Shown here: positions 47,878-58,200 of the stretch, in pieces | How the letters are laid out: every line of letters begins with the position of its first letter | Numbering within the stretch: the first letter of the stretch is position 1 | Assembly (NCBI GenBank): GCA_963823555.1 | Contig: CAWGMA010000001.1 | Span: 1,472,001 to 1,536,000, forward strand | Direction: 5' to 3' | Length of the DNA: 64,000 bases | DNA from: Candidatus Eiseniibacteriota bacterium | GTDB lineage: Bacteria; Eisenbacteria; RBG-16-71-46; CAVPCR01 | The notes under the pieces: generated by a model | What the model was told of the DNA's origin: nothing | The model's database searches: none | What the model saw: only the letters and a program-made list of their open reading frames with translations | Program-made: the position numbers and the translations under genes

Positions 47878-50800
47878 ATGAAGCTAGCCGTCCGGCTCGT
47901 CGCCGCTTCGCTCCTTCTCGGTGCCGCCCTTCCCGCGTCCGCCACCACCCCGATCAGCAGCTGGGGCACCACGATCACGGTCTCGAACGAGACCTATGTC
48001 CTCACCGCGGATCTCATCGATGCCGCCCAGGGCAGCGATGACTTCGCCATCGGCATCGCCCCCGGCGTCAGCGATGTGATCATCGATGGCGCGGGATTCC
48101 TGATCGATGGGCGCGACACCGCCGGAGCGGCAGACGACGACATCGGTATCGCCATGGTTGGCAACTCCGGCGCCCCGATTCGCAATGTCACCGTTCGCAA
48201 CGTTCGCTTCACGGATATCGGCAACGCCGTCTTCGGCCAGGACGATCTCTGCCTCGTCACCATCGAGGATTGCGAGTTCTTCACGGTCAACGACTGGAGC
48301 GCCATCGAGTTCATCACGCTCACCGCGGGAGCCGAGCTCAAGTGGATCACCGTGCGTGAGAACTGGATCCACGACTCGGCCGTCTTTCCCATCAAGTTCT
48401 TCAACTACGCCAATGCCGGGGCCGGCGTTGCCGTCATGCAGCATGTCTACGTCGTCGGCAATGTGATCCATGACAACGCTCGCTCGACGACGCACCCCGA
48501 GAACTGGAATGGAGCAATCGGCTTCCGCCACGGGGCGGAGGATGTCCGCGTCTGGGACAATGTCGTCATTCACAACGACGGGCTGGCCGGTCTCTTCCTC
48601 GGCTCGAACGACGTGGCGGGTGATGTGTTCGATGGAGTTTCGATCCGGGGGAATCACTTCTCCGCCGCGACGGGCAACATCCGGGCTCCATCGGGAACGG
48701 TCGTGGCCTCGGGCATCACGCTTCACCAGGTGACGACGACGAGCGGAGACTTCTCGACGTGGGCGGTGAGCGGCAACTACCTCTATCAGAACGCCAACCG
48801 GGGCATCGACCTCATACCCGGCGGCGGGCCCGCTCCTCTGCCCACGAACGACAACTGGTGGGGTGAGGACGGCACGATCGCCGGCACCTACGGCAACGGC
48901 GCCAGCAATGCCACCGATGCGAGTCCCCTCGATCTGGCCGACGGCATTCTGGCCTCCCCTGATGCAGCCGGCATCGACCGCGCCCTCTCCGATGTCGACG
49001 GCTACTTGGCGCAAGTCGTCCTCCTCAATCAGGATGACGGAGTGCCTGGCATTCGCGGGTTCGATGTCGACTACGACTTTGCCGCGTCGCTCGCTCTGCT
49101 CAGAACGATCGAGGGCCCCTTCCTCCGGTTGCAGTACCCGACGACCACGTTCTTCGACGTGCCCCGGATCGGGGGCAGCGGCAACCAGCGCACGGCGTCA
49201 GGAGCCGTCCTCGGTGGCGGCGCTCCCCTCGCCATCGGCAATGGCGCTCTCGCCATTTCGATCTTCCGCGCCACCGCCGAGGATCTCGGCGCCGGGGACG
49301 ACTACACGATCGACGCGGTCCTGCTTCGGGATCCGTTGAATGTGCCGCTCGCGGTCCTCGGGGATGATGATGCCAATCGTCCCGTTGACGATACCGACCC
49401 CACCGCGGGAGTCGCTTATACCGGTGGGGGCAACGGCTGCTTCAACACCCCCATGGCGAGCATCGATGTCACCGCCGATGACAACCTGGCACTCGAGGAT
49501 ATCCTCTATCGCTTCTACAAGGCGAGCCTCGACCCGGGTTGCTTCGTTCCCGTGGCCCTTGACCTGAACGGGACGGGCTATGGACCGAGCCCGACCGTGG
49601 TGACCTTCGCGGACGGCGACGGGGTCTATCTCTTCGAGGTCCGCGCCAGCGACGACGCGGGCAACTGGACCACCGCGAGCATCACGCTCACCTACGACAC
49701 CACTCCTCCGGCTGACTTTGCCGGTGCCACGGGGGCCGTCGCGGTCCCCGGTCCGGGCACTCCCGCCGCCGAGGAGGTGCTCGTGAGCTGGAACGGGAGC
49801 TTCGAGGCGGGCGGTGATCTTCGCCTGCGCTACCTGCCCTATGGTGGCGCCGTCGGCAACTACGCCTACCCGGAATACGATGACGCCGCACCCACGCCCG
49901 GCCCGCACTACCCCGGACCCGGCGAGGGTACGGAGATCGATATCCCCGATGTCGCCACGGGCAGCGTCACGATCCCGTACCTCCTCGCTGAGCGCTCTTA
50001 CTACTACTACGTCGTCTACGTGATCGACTGCGCCGGGAACCCATCTCCCGGTGTGGCTGGAAGCGCACGCGGGAGCGCGCTCAGTTACTACCTCGGTGAT
50101 TGGGATCCGAACACCACTCCCGCCTGTGCCGGATCGCCGCAGTACGCGAGCGGTAACGGCGAGGTGGATTTCTGTGATCTCATCGGGCTCAGCGCCACTT
50201 TCGGCACCGGCGACGGCCAGCCCGGCTACCAGAACTTCGCCGATATCGGACCGACGACGCCGGGTCCGGGAGTCCTCGATCTCCCGGCGACCGACAATGT
50301 CATCGACTTCGAGGACCTGATCCTGTTTGCGATCAACTTCGGGAACGTGGCACCGCTTGGCGGGGACATCGTGCTCGGCGAGGAAGCGCCCGGAGTCATC
50401 GGCTTCGTGCTCGAACCGAGTGCTGGCGATCGCGACGAACACCTGATAGTTCATCTCACGCTCACCGGCAACGCGCGCGAGGTGAAGGGATTCGAGGCGG
50501 TGGTCGGGCACGCGCCAGGCCTCCGTTTCGTCGCCGCCCGACCCGGTCCGCTGCTCGGCGAGGAGGTCTTCTTCCGCGGCCTCGAGCGCGGCAACACGGT
50601 AAGCGTCAACGCCGCGGTCCTGACTGGAACCTTCGTCGGCTCCGGAGTCGTGGCCGAGCTCGAGTACCAGATTCTCGACCCTGGCGACACCTCCGTCGAG
50701 GTGGTCGGGGCCAAGGTTCGCGATACCACCAACCGTGAGCTCGGCGGCATGGTGACCACTGGAATCGAGGCTCCGGAGGTCGCCCCGGCGGCGACGATCT

Positions 50801-51066
50801 TCCACGCCCCGGCGCCCAACCCCGCCTTCGGAAGCGTGGCGCTCCGCCTGACCCTCGCCCAGCCCGCGGTGGCACGCGTTCGCATCATCGATGCGACCGG
50901 TCGCGTGGTGCGGACGCTGGCCGATGGCCCGCTCACGGCCGGGGATCAGGAGCTCATCTGGAACGGCAGGAACGACGCGGGGCTTCCAGCCCCGAATGGC
51001 ATCTATCTCGTGGAGTTCGCCGCCGGTGCCAACCGGTCGGTGCACAAGCTGATGCTCGTGCGCTAG
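47878..51066 (+). CDS. Secreted protein A: parallel beta-helix, cohesin-like, Ig-like domains (incl. YPEYDD), dockerin-like, cohesin-like, FlgD/T9SS-type CTD
   Basis: Signal peptide; Asn-rich beta-helix repeats ending in NWWG; YLGD...GNGEVDFCDL and DNVIDFEDLILFAINFG; APNP..GRVVRTL..WNGRN..GIYL..K. Confidence 0.8.
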   Translation: MKLAVRLVAASLLLGAALPASATTPISSWGTTITVSNETYVLTADLIDAAQGSDDFAIGIAPGVSDVIIDGAGFLIDGRDTAGAADDDIGIAMVGNSGAPIRNVTVRNVRFTDIGNAVFGQDDLCLVTIEDCEFFTVNDWSAIEFITLTAGAELKWITVRENWIHDSAVFPIKFFNYANAGAGVAVMQHVYVVGNVIHDNARSTTHPENWNGAIGFRHGAEDVRVWDNVVIHNDGLAGLFLGSNDVAGDVFDGVSIRGNHFSAATGNIRAPSGTVVASGITLHQVTTTSGDFSTWAVSGNYLYQNANRGIDLIPGGGPAPLPTNDNWWGEDGTIAGTYGNGASNATDASPLDLADGILASPDAAGIDRALSDVDGYLAQVVLLNQDDGVPGIRGFDVDYDFAASLALLRTIEGPFLRLQYPTTTFFDVPRIGGSGNQRTASGAVLGGGAPLAIGNGALAISIFRATAEDLGAGDDYTIDAVLLRDPLNVPLAVLGDDDANRPVDDTDPTAGVAYTGGGNGCFNTPMASIDVTADDNLALEDILYRFYKASLDPGCFVPVALDLNGTGYGPSPTVVTFADGDGVYLFEVRASDDAGNWTTASITLTYDTTPPADFAGATGAVAVPGPGTPAAEEVLVSWNGSFEAGGDLRLRYLPYGGAVGNYAYPEYDDAAPTPGPHYPGPGEGTEIDIPDVATGSVTIPYLLAERSYYYYVVYVIDCAGNPSPGVAGSARGSALSYYLGDWDPNTTPACAGSPQYASGNGEVDFCDLIGLSATFGTGDGQPGYQNFADIGPTTPGPGVLDLPATDNVIDFEDLILFAINFGNVAPLGGDIVLGEEAPGVIGFVLEPSAGDRDEHLIVHLTLTGNAREVKGFEAVVGHAPGLRFVAARPGPLLGEEVFFRGLERGNTVSVNAAVLTGTFVGSGVVAELEYQILDPGDTSVEVVGAKVRDTTNRELGGMVTTGIEAPEVAPAATIFHAPAPNPAFGSVALRLTLAQPAVARVRIIDATGRVVRTLADGPLTAGDQELIWNGRNDAGLPAPNGIYLVEFAAGANRSVHKLMLVR

Positions 51067-51081
51067 CCAAGTCATGAGGAC

Positions 51082-51103
51082 CGGGACGGGGCCCTCCGTC
51101 CCG
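51082..51103 (+). other. Intergenic stem-loop between A and B
   Basis: CGGGACGG/CCGTCCCG inverted repeat with no U-tract. Confidence 0.4.
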
Positions 51104-51118
51104 ACTCGAGGAGGGGTC

Positions 51119-54100
51119 ATGGTCCAATCGCGCTTGACGCAGCGGGTTCTCCTGAGCGCCCTGGTGGGGAGTCTCCTCTTCGCCGCACCCGCGCTCGCCG
51201 CTGTGCCCATCTCCAGCTGGGGGTTCGTGACGCTCTTCAGCGATACCACCTACGTGGTCACGACGGACCTGACGGAACCGGCGGGCACACAAGGGGTGAG
51301 CGGCACCGTCGCCATCCGCATCCCGCCATCGGTGCACGACATCGTCATCGAAGGAGGCGGCTTCACGATCGATGGGCGCGATACCGGCGGTAGCCCTGAT
51401 CTCGACATCGGGGTGGCCATGAGCGGCATCGCCTCCGGATCGGTGCGCGACATCGTCATCAGGGATCTCCGCCTCACCGATGTCTCGATCGGCGTGCAGA
51501 TCCAGGATTACGTCTGCCGGGCCGTTGTCGAGGACTGTGAGTTCGCCGCCTGTGTCAACCAGGCGGGGATCGAGCTGGCGAACGTGATCGGCGGCGCCGA
51601 GATGCGCTGGATCACCGTGCGTGACAACTGGTTTCACGATGGCGCCGGCGTTCCGATCCTGGTTCGCAACACCGCCAACGCCGGGCCCGGGGTGGCCGTG
51701 ATGGAACACATCGCCGTCGTCGCCAATGTGGTCCATGACTACCGGCGCTCGCCGGCCTTTCCGGAGCCCTGGAACGCCGCCATCGTGCTCCGGCATGGCG
51801 GCAGCGAGCTGCGGGTCTGGGACAACCTGATGGTGGGAGGGACAGGCGAGTCCGGCGTCTTCATGACCTCGGATGACAGCTCCGACCAGCCCTACGATGC
51901 GGTCTCGATCCGCGGCAACGTGCTGGCCGGAGCGAGCGGCAACGTTCGCTCGGCAGGAGCCCAGAATGCCAGCGGCATCACGCTCGACCGCGTGACGACC
52001 ACGACCGGCGATTTCTCGACCTGGGTGGTCACCGGCAACTACCTCGTCCAGAACGAGGCCTACGGCATCGAGCTCTTGACCGGGACCAACACCCCGGCGA
52101 GCCTGCCCGCGGATGGCAACTGGTGGGGTGAAGACGGCACGGTCACCGGGGCCTTCGGCAACGGAGCCCTCAATACCACGGACGCCTCGCCGCGCGACAT
52201 CGCCGATGGCATCCTCGTCATCCCCTCGCGTTCCGCGGGTGGCGACCGCGCCGTGGCCGCTGTGGGCGGATTCGCCGGGGTCGCTGTCATCCTCAACCAG
52301 AACGACGGGGCACCGGGGATCCGCGGCTTCGATGTCGATTACGATCACACGGCCAGCTTCGCCTACCGACGCACGATCGAGGGCCCCTTCCTCGATCTGC
52401 AGGCGCCGACCGTGCAGTTCTACGACATCCCGCGGATCGGCGGGTCCGGGAACGAGCGCACGGCATCAGCCGCGATCCTGGGCGGCGGCGCCCCCCTGGC
52501 CGTCGGCAACGGAGTGCTCTTCCTGACCGTGCTTGCAGGCACCAGCGAGGACGAGGCGCCGGCCGCCGACTTCCTGCTCCAGGGCGCGGCGCTTCGTGAT
52601 CCCGGGAACTTCCCGGTTGCCATTGCCGCTCTCACCGATGCCGATCGCCCGATCGACGACACACCACCGGCGGCGACCGTCACCCCTCCAGGCGGCAACC
52701 CCTGCGTCGGGAGCGAGACCGCGCCCGTGGGGGTCGCGGTGAGCGACGACTTCGCTCTCGAAGATGTGGCCTACCGCTTCCATCGCATCGATCTGGCTCC
52801 GGGCTGCTGGACGGCCCTCTCGCTCGACGAACCGGGCACTGCCTACACCGGTCCAGCCAGCGTACCTGTGACGTTCGGTTTCGGCGAGGGGACCTATGTG
52901 TTCGAGCTCCTTGCCACGGATGACGCCGGCAATGCCGCCATCGAGAGGCTCTTCCTCTCCTTCGATGAGACGCCTCCGGCGGACTTCACAGGCACCACGA
53001 CCGCGCTCGCCGTTCCCGGTCCCGGCACGCCGGCGGCCGAGGAGGTTCGTTTCACCTGGAACGGCAGCTTCGAGGCTGGCGCCGACCTGAGGCTCCACTA
53101 CCTCCCCTATGGCGGCACACCCGGGAACTACGCTTACCCCGAGTACGACGACGCGGGCCCGGTGCCGGGACCGCACTTCCCGGGCCCCACGGAGGGGACG
53201 GTGATCGATCTCCCCGATGTCGCCTCCGGAAGCGTGGTCATTCCGTTCACGATCGCCGAACGTTCCTACTACTACTTCACCCTCTACGTGTTCGACTGCG
53301 CCGGAAATCCCTCGCCGGGGGCCAGCTCGACCGTGCGCAAGAACGCCCTCAGCTATTACCTGGGCGACTGGGACTCCCACAGCCCACCGGCCTGCCCCGG
53401 GTCGCCCGAGTACACGAGCGGCAACGGCGAGGTCCACTACTGCGATCTGATCGGAATGAGCCGTGCCTTCGCCACGACGCCGAGCGACCCCAACTACTCC
53501 GCCTATGTGGACATCGGTCCGACGACCCCAGGGCCTTCCCCCCGTGATCTACCCGTCACGGACAATGTGATCGACTTCGAGGACCTCATCATCTTCGCGG
53601 TCAACTTCGAGACCGTGTTCCCCTTCGCCGGCGATGACGAGACCGTGCTGGCCGACGAACGGACGGGGCGAATCGGCTCCGTCCGCCTCACCCTCGACGT
53701 GACATCGCGCGAAGAGGACCGAGTGCTGGCCAGGCTGCGGGTCGACGGCGACGTTGAAGAGCTCCTCGGTCTAGAGGCGGTGATCCTGACACCGGGCTTC
53801 GAGCTGGTTCGGGTCCGTCCGGGACCCATCGTGCCGGACTCGCACTTCCTGATCGCCGTGCCGCACAAGGATGGATGGACCTTCAACCTCGCCCTGCTCG
53901 GACCGGAGGCACGACTGGCAACCGCGGGCGTGGTGGGCGAGATCGAGCTCCGGCCCACGGGGAGCCTGGATGAACCCACATGCCGCCTTCAGAGCCACAA
54001 GCTCCGCGACCGCCGGAATCGCGAGCTGGATGGGTCCGGAGGCGTTGCGGCGGTGGGAACCGGGCCCCCCGCGAGCGACATTCCACGCACCTTCGCCCTG

Positions 54101-54349
54101 GCCGAGCCCGTTCCTAACCCGGCCAATCCGGTCACGAGCATCAATTTCTCTGTGCCGGGCCGCTCCGAGCTGAGGATTCACGTCTATGACGCGGCAGGTC
54201 GGCTCGTGGCGCGTCTTTTCGAGGGCATCGCCGAACCCGGCGAGCACACGGTGACATGGCGCGCCGACGAGCATGCCAGCGGCATGTACCTGATCGAGAT
54301 GACGGCGGGTGAATTCCGCGCGGTGCGGAAGGCGCTCATCATCAAGTAG
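51119..54349 (+). CDS. Secreted protein B, full-length paralog of protein A
   Basis: Colinear with A (IDGRDT, WITVRxNWxHD, NWWGEDGT, PRIGGSGN, AVPGPGTPAAEEV, NYAYPEYDD, DNVIDFEDL); PNPANP CTD; GAGGAGG RBS. Confidence 0.82.
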   Translation: MVQSRLTQRVLLSALVGSLLFAAPALAAVPISSWGFVTLFSDTTYVVTTDLTEPAGTQGVSGTVAIRIPPSVHDIVIEGGGFTIDGRDTGGSPDLDIGVAMSGIASGSVRDIVIRDLRLTDVSIGVQIQDYVCRAVVEDCEFAACVNQAGIELANVIGGAEMRWITVRDNWFHDGAGVPILVRNTANAGPGVAVMEHIAVVANVVHDYRRSPAFPEPWNAAIVLRHGGSELRVWDNLMVGGTGESGVFMTSDDSSDQPYDAVSIRGNVLAGASGNVRSAGAQNASGITLDRVTTTTGDFSTWVVTGNYLVQNEAYGIELLTGTNTPASLPADGNWWGEDGTVTGAFGNGALNTTDASPRDIADGILVIPSRSAGGDRAVAAVGGFAGVAVILNQNDGAPGIRGFDVDYDHTASFAYRRTIEGPFLDLQAPTVQFYDIPRIGGSGNERTASAAILGGGAPLAVGNGVLFLTVLAGTSEDEAPAADFLLQGAALRDPGNFPVAIAALTDADRPIDDTPPAATVTPPGGNPCVGSETAPVGVAVSDDFALEDVAYRFHRIDLAPGCWTALSLDEPGTAYTGPASVPVTFGFGEGTYVFELLATDDAGNAAIERLFLSFDETPPADFTGTTTALAVPGPGTPAAEEVRFTWNGSFEAGADLRLHYLPYGGTPGNYAYPEYDDAGPVPGPHFPGPTEGTVIDLPDVASGSVVIPFTIAERSYYYFTLYVFDCAGNPSPGASSTVRKNALSYYLGDWDSHSPPACPGSPEYTSGNGEVHYCDLIGMSRAFATTPSDPNYSAYVDIGPTTPGPSPRDLPVTDNVIDFEDLIIFAVNFETVFPFAGDDETVLADERTGRIGSVRLTLDVTSREEDRVLARLRVDGDVEELLGLEAVILTPGFELVRVRPGPIVPDSHFLIAVPHKDGWTFNLALLGPEARLATAGVVGEIELRPTGSLDEPTCRLQSHKLRDRRNRELDGSGGVAAVGTGPPASDIPRTFALAEPVPNPANPVTSINFSVPGRSELRIHVYDAAGRLVARLFEGIAEPGEHTVTWRADEHASGMYLIEMTAGEFRAVRKALIIK

Positions 54350-54359
54350 GAGGTCGGTG

Positions 54360-55130
54360 ATGGCACGATTCCTTGCGCTGATTGCAGTCGCCTCACTAGC
54401 CGGGATGCTGGCGGTGACCGTGGCCCTCGCCGAACCGATCGTCTACCTGCGCCCCTTGTGCCTGGACATCCAGGCTGGGCAGACCCTGACGGTGCACCTC
54501 AGCGTGGGCGACACCGGGGATGAGATCAGCTGCTTCTATGCGGTGATCGCGTACGATCCAGCCAGGATCGTCATCAACGATGTCACCGAGGGCGGTCTCT
54601 ACGTGTCGACATCCGAGCCGACCTATCCGGGCTGGACGGCGACGGCGCCCGATTCCTTCGAGGTCTACAACTGCATCCTGGGTTCGGGAACGTTCGTGCT
54701 CGGACCGGGCGATCTCGCCGACATCGAGGTCGAGGGGCTCGTCACCGGGCCGGCGCCGATGACGATCAGCTTCATCGACATCCGGGACCGGAACCGGGAC
54801 TCCTACCCCACGCTCTTTGTCGTCAATTGCGGCACGACCGGGCTTCCGGCGGAAGCCGAGACGCCGGCGATCGCGCCGCGCCTCAGGGTCGCGCCGAACC
54901 CGGCACCGGGCCGAGCTCGGATCGAGCTTCTCGGCCCGGTGCCGGCGGGGAGCGTCGACATCTACGATGTCGCCGGCCGGCTCTGCCGCAGCCTCGGTGT
55001 CGCTGCCGGCGGCGCCGTTCTCCGCTGGGATGGTCGTGACGACCACGGCCGCAACCTGCCGCCCGGGATGTACCTGATCCGGGGCGGTGAGAAGGGGGAA
55101 CTTGGAACCAAGTTGCTTCTGATTCGCTAG
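54360..55130 (+). CDS. Small secreted protein C: cohesin-like domain plus FlgD/T9SS-type CTD
   Basis: Signal peptide; GQTLTVHL...IAYDP...VTEG...GPGDLADI...IRD; APNP..IYDVAGR..WDGRD..GMY. Confidence 0.78.
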   Translation: MARFLALIAVASLAGMLAVTVALAEPIVYLRPLCLDIQAGQTLTVHLSVGDTGDEISCFYAVIAYDPARIVINDVTEGGLYVSTSEPTYPGWTATAPDSFEVYNCILGSGTFVLGPGDLADIEVEGLVTGPAPMTISFIDIRDRNRDSYPTLFVVNCGTTGLPAEAETPAIAPRLRVAPNPAPGRARIELLGPVPAGSVDIYDVAGRLCRSLGVAAGGAVLRWDGRDDHGRNLPPGMYLIRGGEKGELGTKLLLIR

Positions 55131-55214
55131 GAGGGCGCACGGCCGCTCGGCCGCCAGAGCCCCTGCTTCCCATCGCCCCCTGGCCGCTCATGGGGACACA
55201 GTGAGGAGAGGATC

Positions 55215-58200
55215 ATGCACAAGCCGCAACTGATCTTGCTGTCTTCTGCCATCGCCCTGGTGCTGGCCGCCGCCGTGGCGGCGGCTCCAGTGGCCACGCG
55301 CTTAAGCGAGAACCCGGATGACATCGTGGGTCCTCCCATGGCCGTCCGCGGTTTCTCGCCGCTGTCGGTGCTCGGGAGCCCGGCCAATCTCGATGATGGG
55401 ATCCAGCTCGGAGGCGACTACGGGCGGCGCATGCAGGCGGACGTCACCGAGGACAATGCCGGCAATGGAGGGGGCGATTCGGATCCTGACGATGCCGGAT
55501 GGGACTGGGTGCGCACCTCGCCTCCCGATCCCTACGAACACTCGGCGACGGCAAGCCCCACGAACCTCTACGGCGTCTGCTCCCTCGGGCTCTACTACGC
55601 GCATCTGCGCAATCCCGGCGACGCCGGCATCCTGCAGGCCATGACCGACGCCGCCGTGTGGAGCAGGAACGCTGGGAGCGGGAGCATCCGCACCTCTGCC
55701 GACATGATCTTCCTCATGCTGTATGCGGATCTGGTGACGGATAACACCTTCGCAGATGCGGCCAAGGCCAAGATGGATGCCCGAATCGCGGCCGCGGGCA
55801 CCAACGGGACCGATCTCGCTGTCTACATTCGAGATCTCCGCGGCGTCACGCAGAACTACCCCAACGGCATCATTGCCTGGGACATCGGGGCCTATGTCGT
55901 GGCCTGTCAGATGCTCTTCGACGCGGGCTACGGATCACCTTATGACACCTGGGCCGACCAGATGGCCGAGGTGCTGTGGCAGGATTCGTTCAACGATGAC
56001 CCCGGTCTCTTCGATGTCGTCGATGACGCCGGCTGGGATCCCACCTACACCAATCGCAACTTCTGGTGGTACAACCTCGGCATCTCGGGCCTGATCGACG
56101 CCTTCGAGACGTCAGGTGTCCACACCGCCGAGATCCCGGGCCTGGTCCAGCGCATCCTCGACAGCCAGGCTTCCACGGGGGCGATCTGCTTCAGCTATGG
56201 CGTCCATGCGGATGACGAGGACTGGCAATCGACGGCCTACGCGGCCATGTCCCTCGCTCGTCACGACAAGCCGACCTACCAGCTCGATATCAGCCACATG
56301 GCCTACTACATGGCCGCCACCCAGGATCCGACCCACGGCTCCTGGCTCTACTCCGGCGGTGACCACTATCCGGAGGTTTGCCTCGAGAACGTCTCGGGCA
56401 TGTACTTCGGCGAGCCACCCACGGAGGTTCTCGTCGACGACGACTTCGTCGATCAGGATGCGGTGGATACCTACAACGCCGCCAACAGCACCAGCTACGT
56501 CCTCGGCTACGACGCCTTCGACAACATCCAGGATGGCGTCAATGCCGTCTCCGGCAGCACGGTCAACGTGCTTCCGGGGACGTATGAGCAGCAGGTGGTG
56601 ATCACGACCAATAACCTCGTTCTTGCCGGGTCCGGCGTCGGCAGCACGATCATCAAGTCGCCGGTAAGTCTCGCCGCCTCATTCAACACCGGGGTCAGCA
56701 ATTACCCGGTGGTATTCATCAACGGAGCGACGGGAGTCACGATCCAGGACCTCACCGTCGACGGTTTCGGCCGCGGGAACTCGAACTACCGCTTCATCGG
56801 TATCGCCTACTGGAATGCCGGTGGGACGATCCAGGACTGTCGCATCACTGGTATACGTGAGGCGCCGCTTAGCGGGAATCAGCACGGGGTCGGCATCTAT
56901 AGCTACAACAACACCGGTGGTCCATACGCCTTGAACGTCCTTGCCACGACAGTTGATGACTACCAGAAGAACGCAATGGCGCTTTCCGGGGATGGCATGG
57001 TCGTAAGCGTGGCCAACTGCACTACGGTTGGTTCCGGAGATCTAGGCTTGGGACTGCCGGCTCAGAATGGCATCCAGGTCAGCTATGGAGCCAGCGGTTC
57101 GGTTTCATCCACCTCCATCTCCAATATGCGGTATACGCCGGCGACATGGGTGGCCAGCGGGGTTCTGGTCTATCTGCCTGGTGACGCAGTCACCCTCAGC
57201 AGCCTGAGCGGAGCCAACGCGATCACCAACGTGCAGGCTCCGATCAGCTGGTACGACGGATCCGGATCAATGACTGATGTGGAGACGGTCGGCGGATCGG
57301 ACTTTGGACCTGTGTACATCGAGAATGCTTCGACGGTCTCCAAGACTGCCGAGTCGAGTCCGCGGCGCTCCGAACCTCTTTCAGAGGAACGCCAGCAGTC
57401 GGGACCGCCCGTGGCAACGAGCTTCAGCGTTAGCGTTTCCGGAAGCTGCTTCACGGGCACCGGGGTTACCGGGACCGCGGGCGTTTATGCCTACTCAGCG
57501 GGCATGCCACTCAGTGTCTTGGTAAACAACACTACGCTCAGCAACTGGGACTATGGCCTTGTCGCTGATGGCGCAGCCGTCAACCTGACCGCCCAGGACA
57601 ACTCGATTTCCGGGAATGTCAGCGCCGGCTTCGACAACACGCTGAGCCTCGCCGCCCAGGATGCAGAGTACAACTGGTGGGGTCATGTTGGCGGACCGGC
57701 CGGGGGCGGAGACCTTGTCCTCGGTACCGGGGTTGATTACACGCCGTGGCGCACGGACGGCACGAGCACCACGCTCTGCGCCTTTACCCCGGCCAACACC
57801 AACGCGGTTACGCCCGGACCGGCGCCGAGCTGCATCTCGACGGTGAATCCGTGCGTCACCATCCCGGTCGACATCGCGCGGAGTGACAACGCGAATCTCC
57901 GTGGTTTCAGCATCCAGGTCACGCTCTCCTCGGAGCTGGCGCTGTGCGGATCCGGGATCAGCGAGGGCACTTACCTGAGCGGCATCGGTGGCACGAACTT
58001 CCAGGTCACGGGATCCAATCCCTACACCGTGGACTGTGCCATCCTCGGCGGCACGTGCGGCGCAACGGCGCCAACCGGCAATCTTTTCAACCTGAATGTG
58101 ACGAGCGCGAGCCCGACAGCCACTGGAACCATCAGCATCACGGGCGTCACGCTGCGCGACTGCGTCAACCAGCCCATTCCGGGTTCGCCCGGCACGCCAC

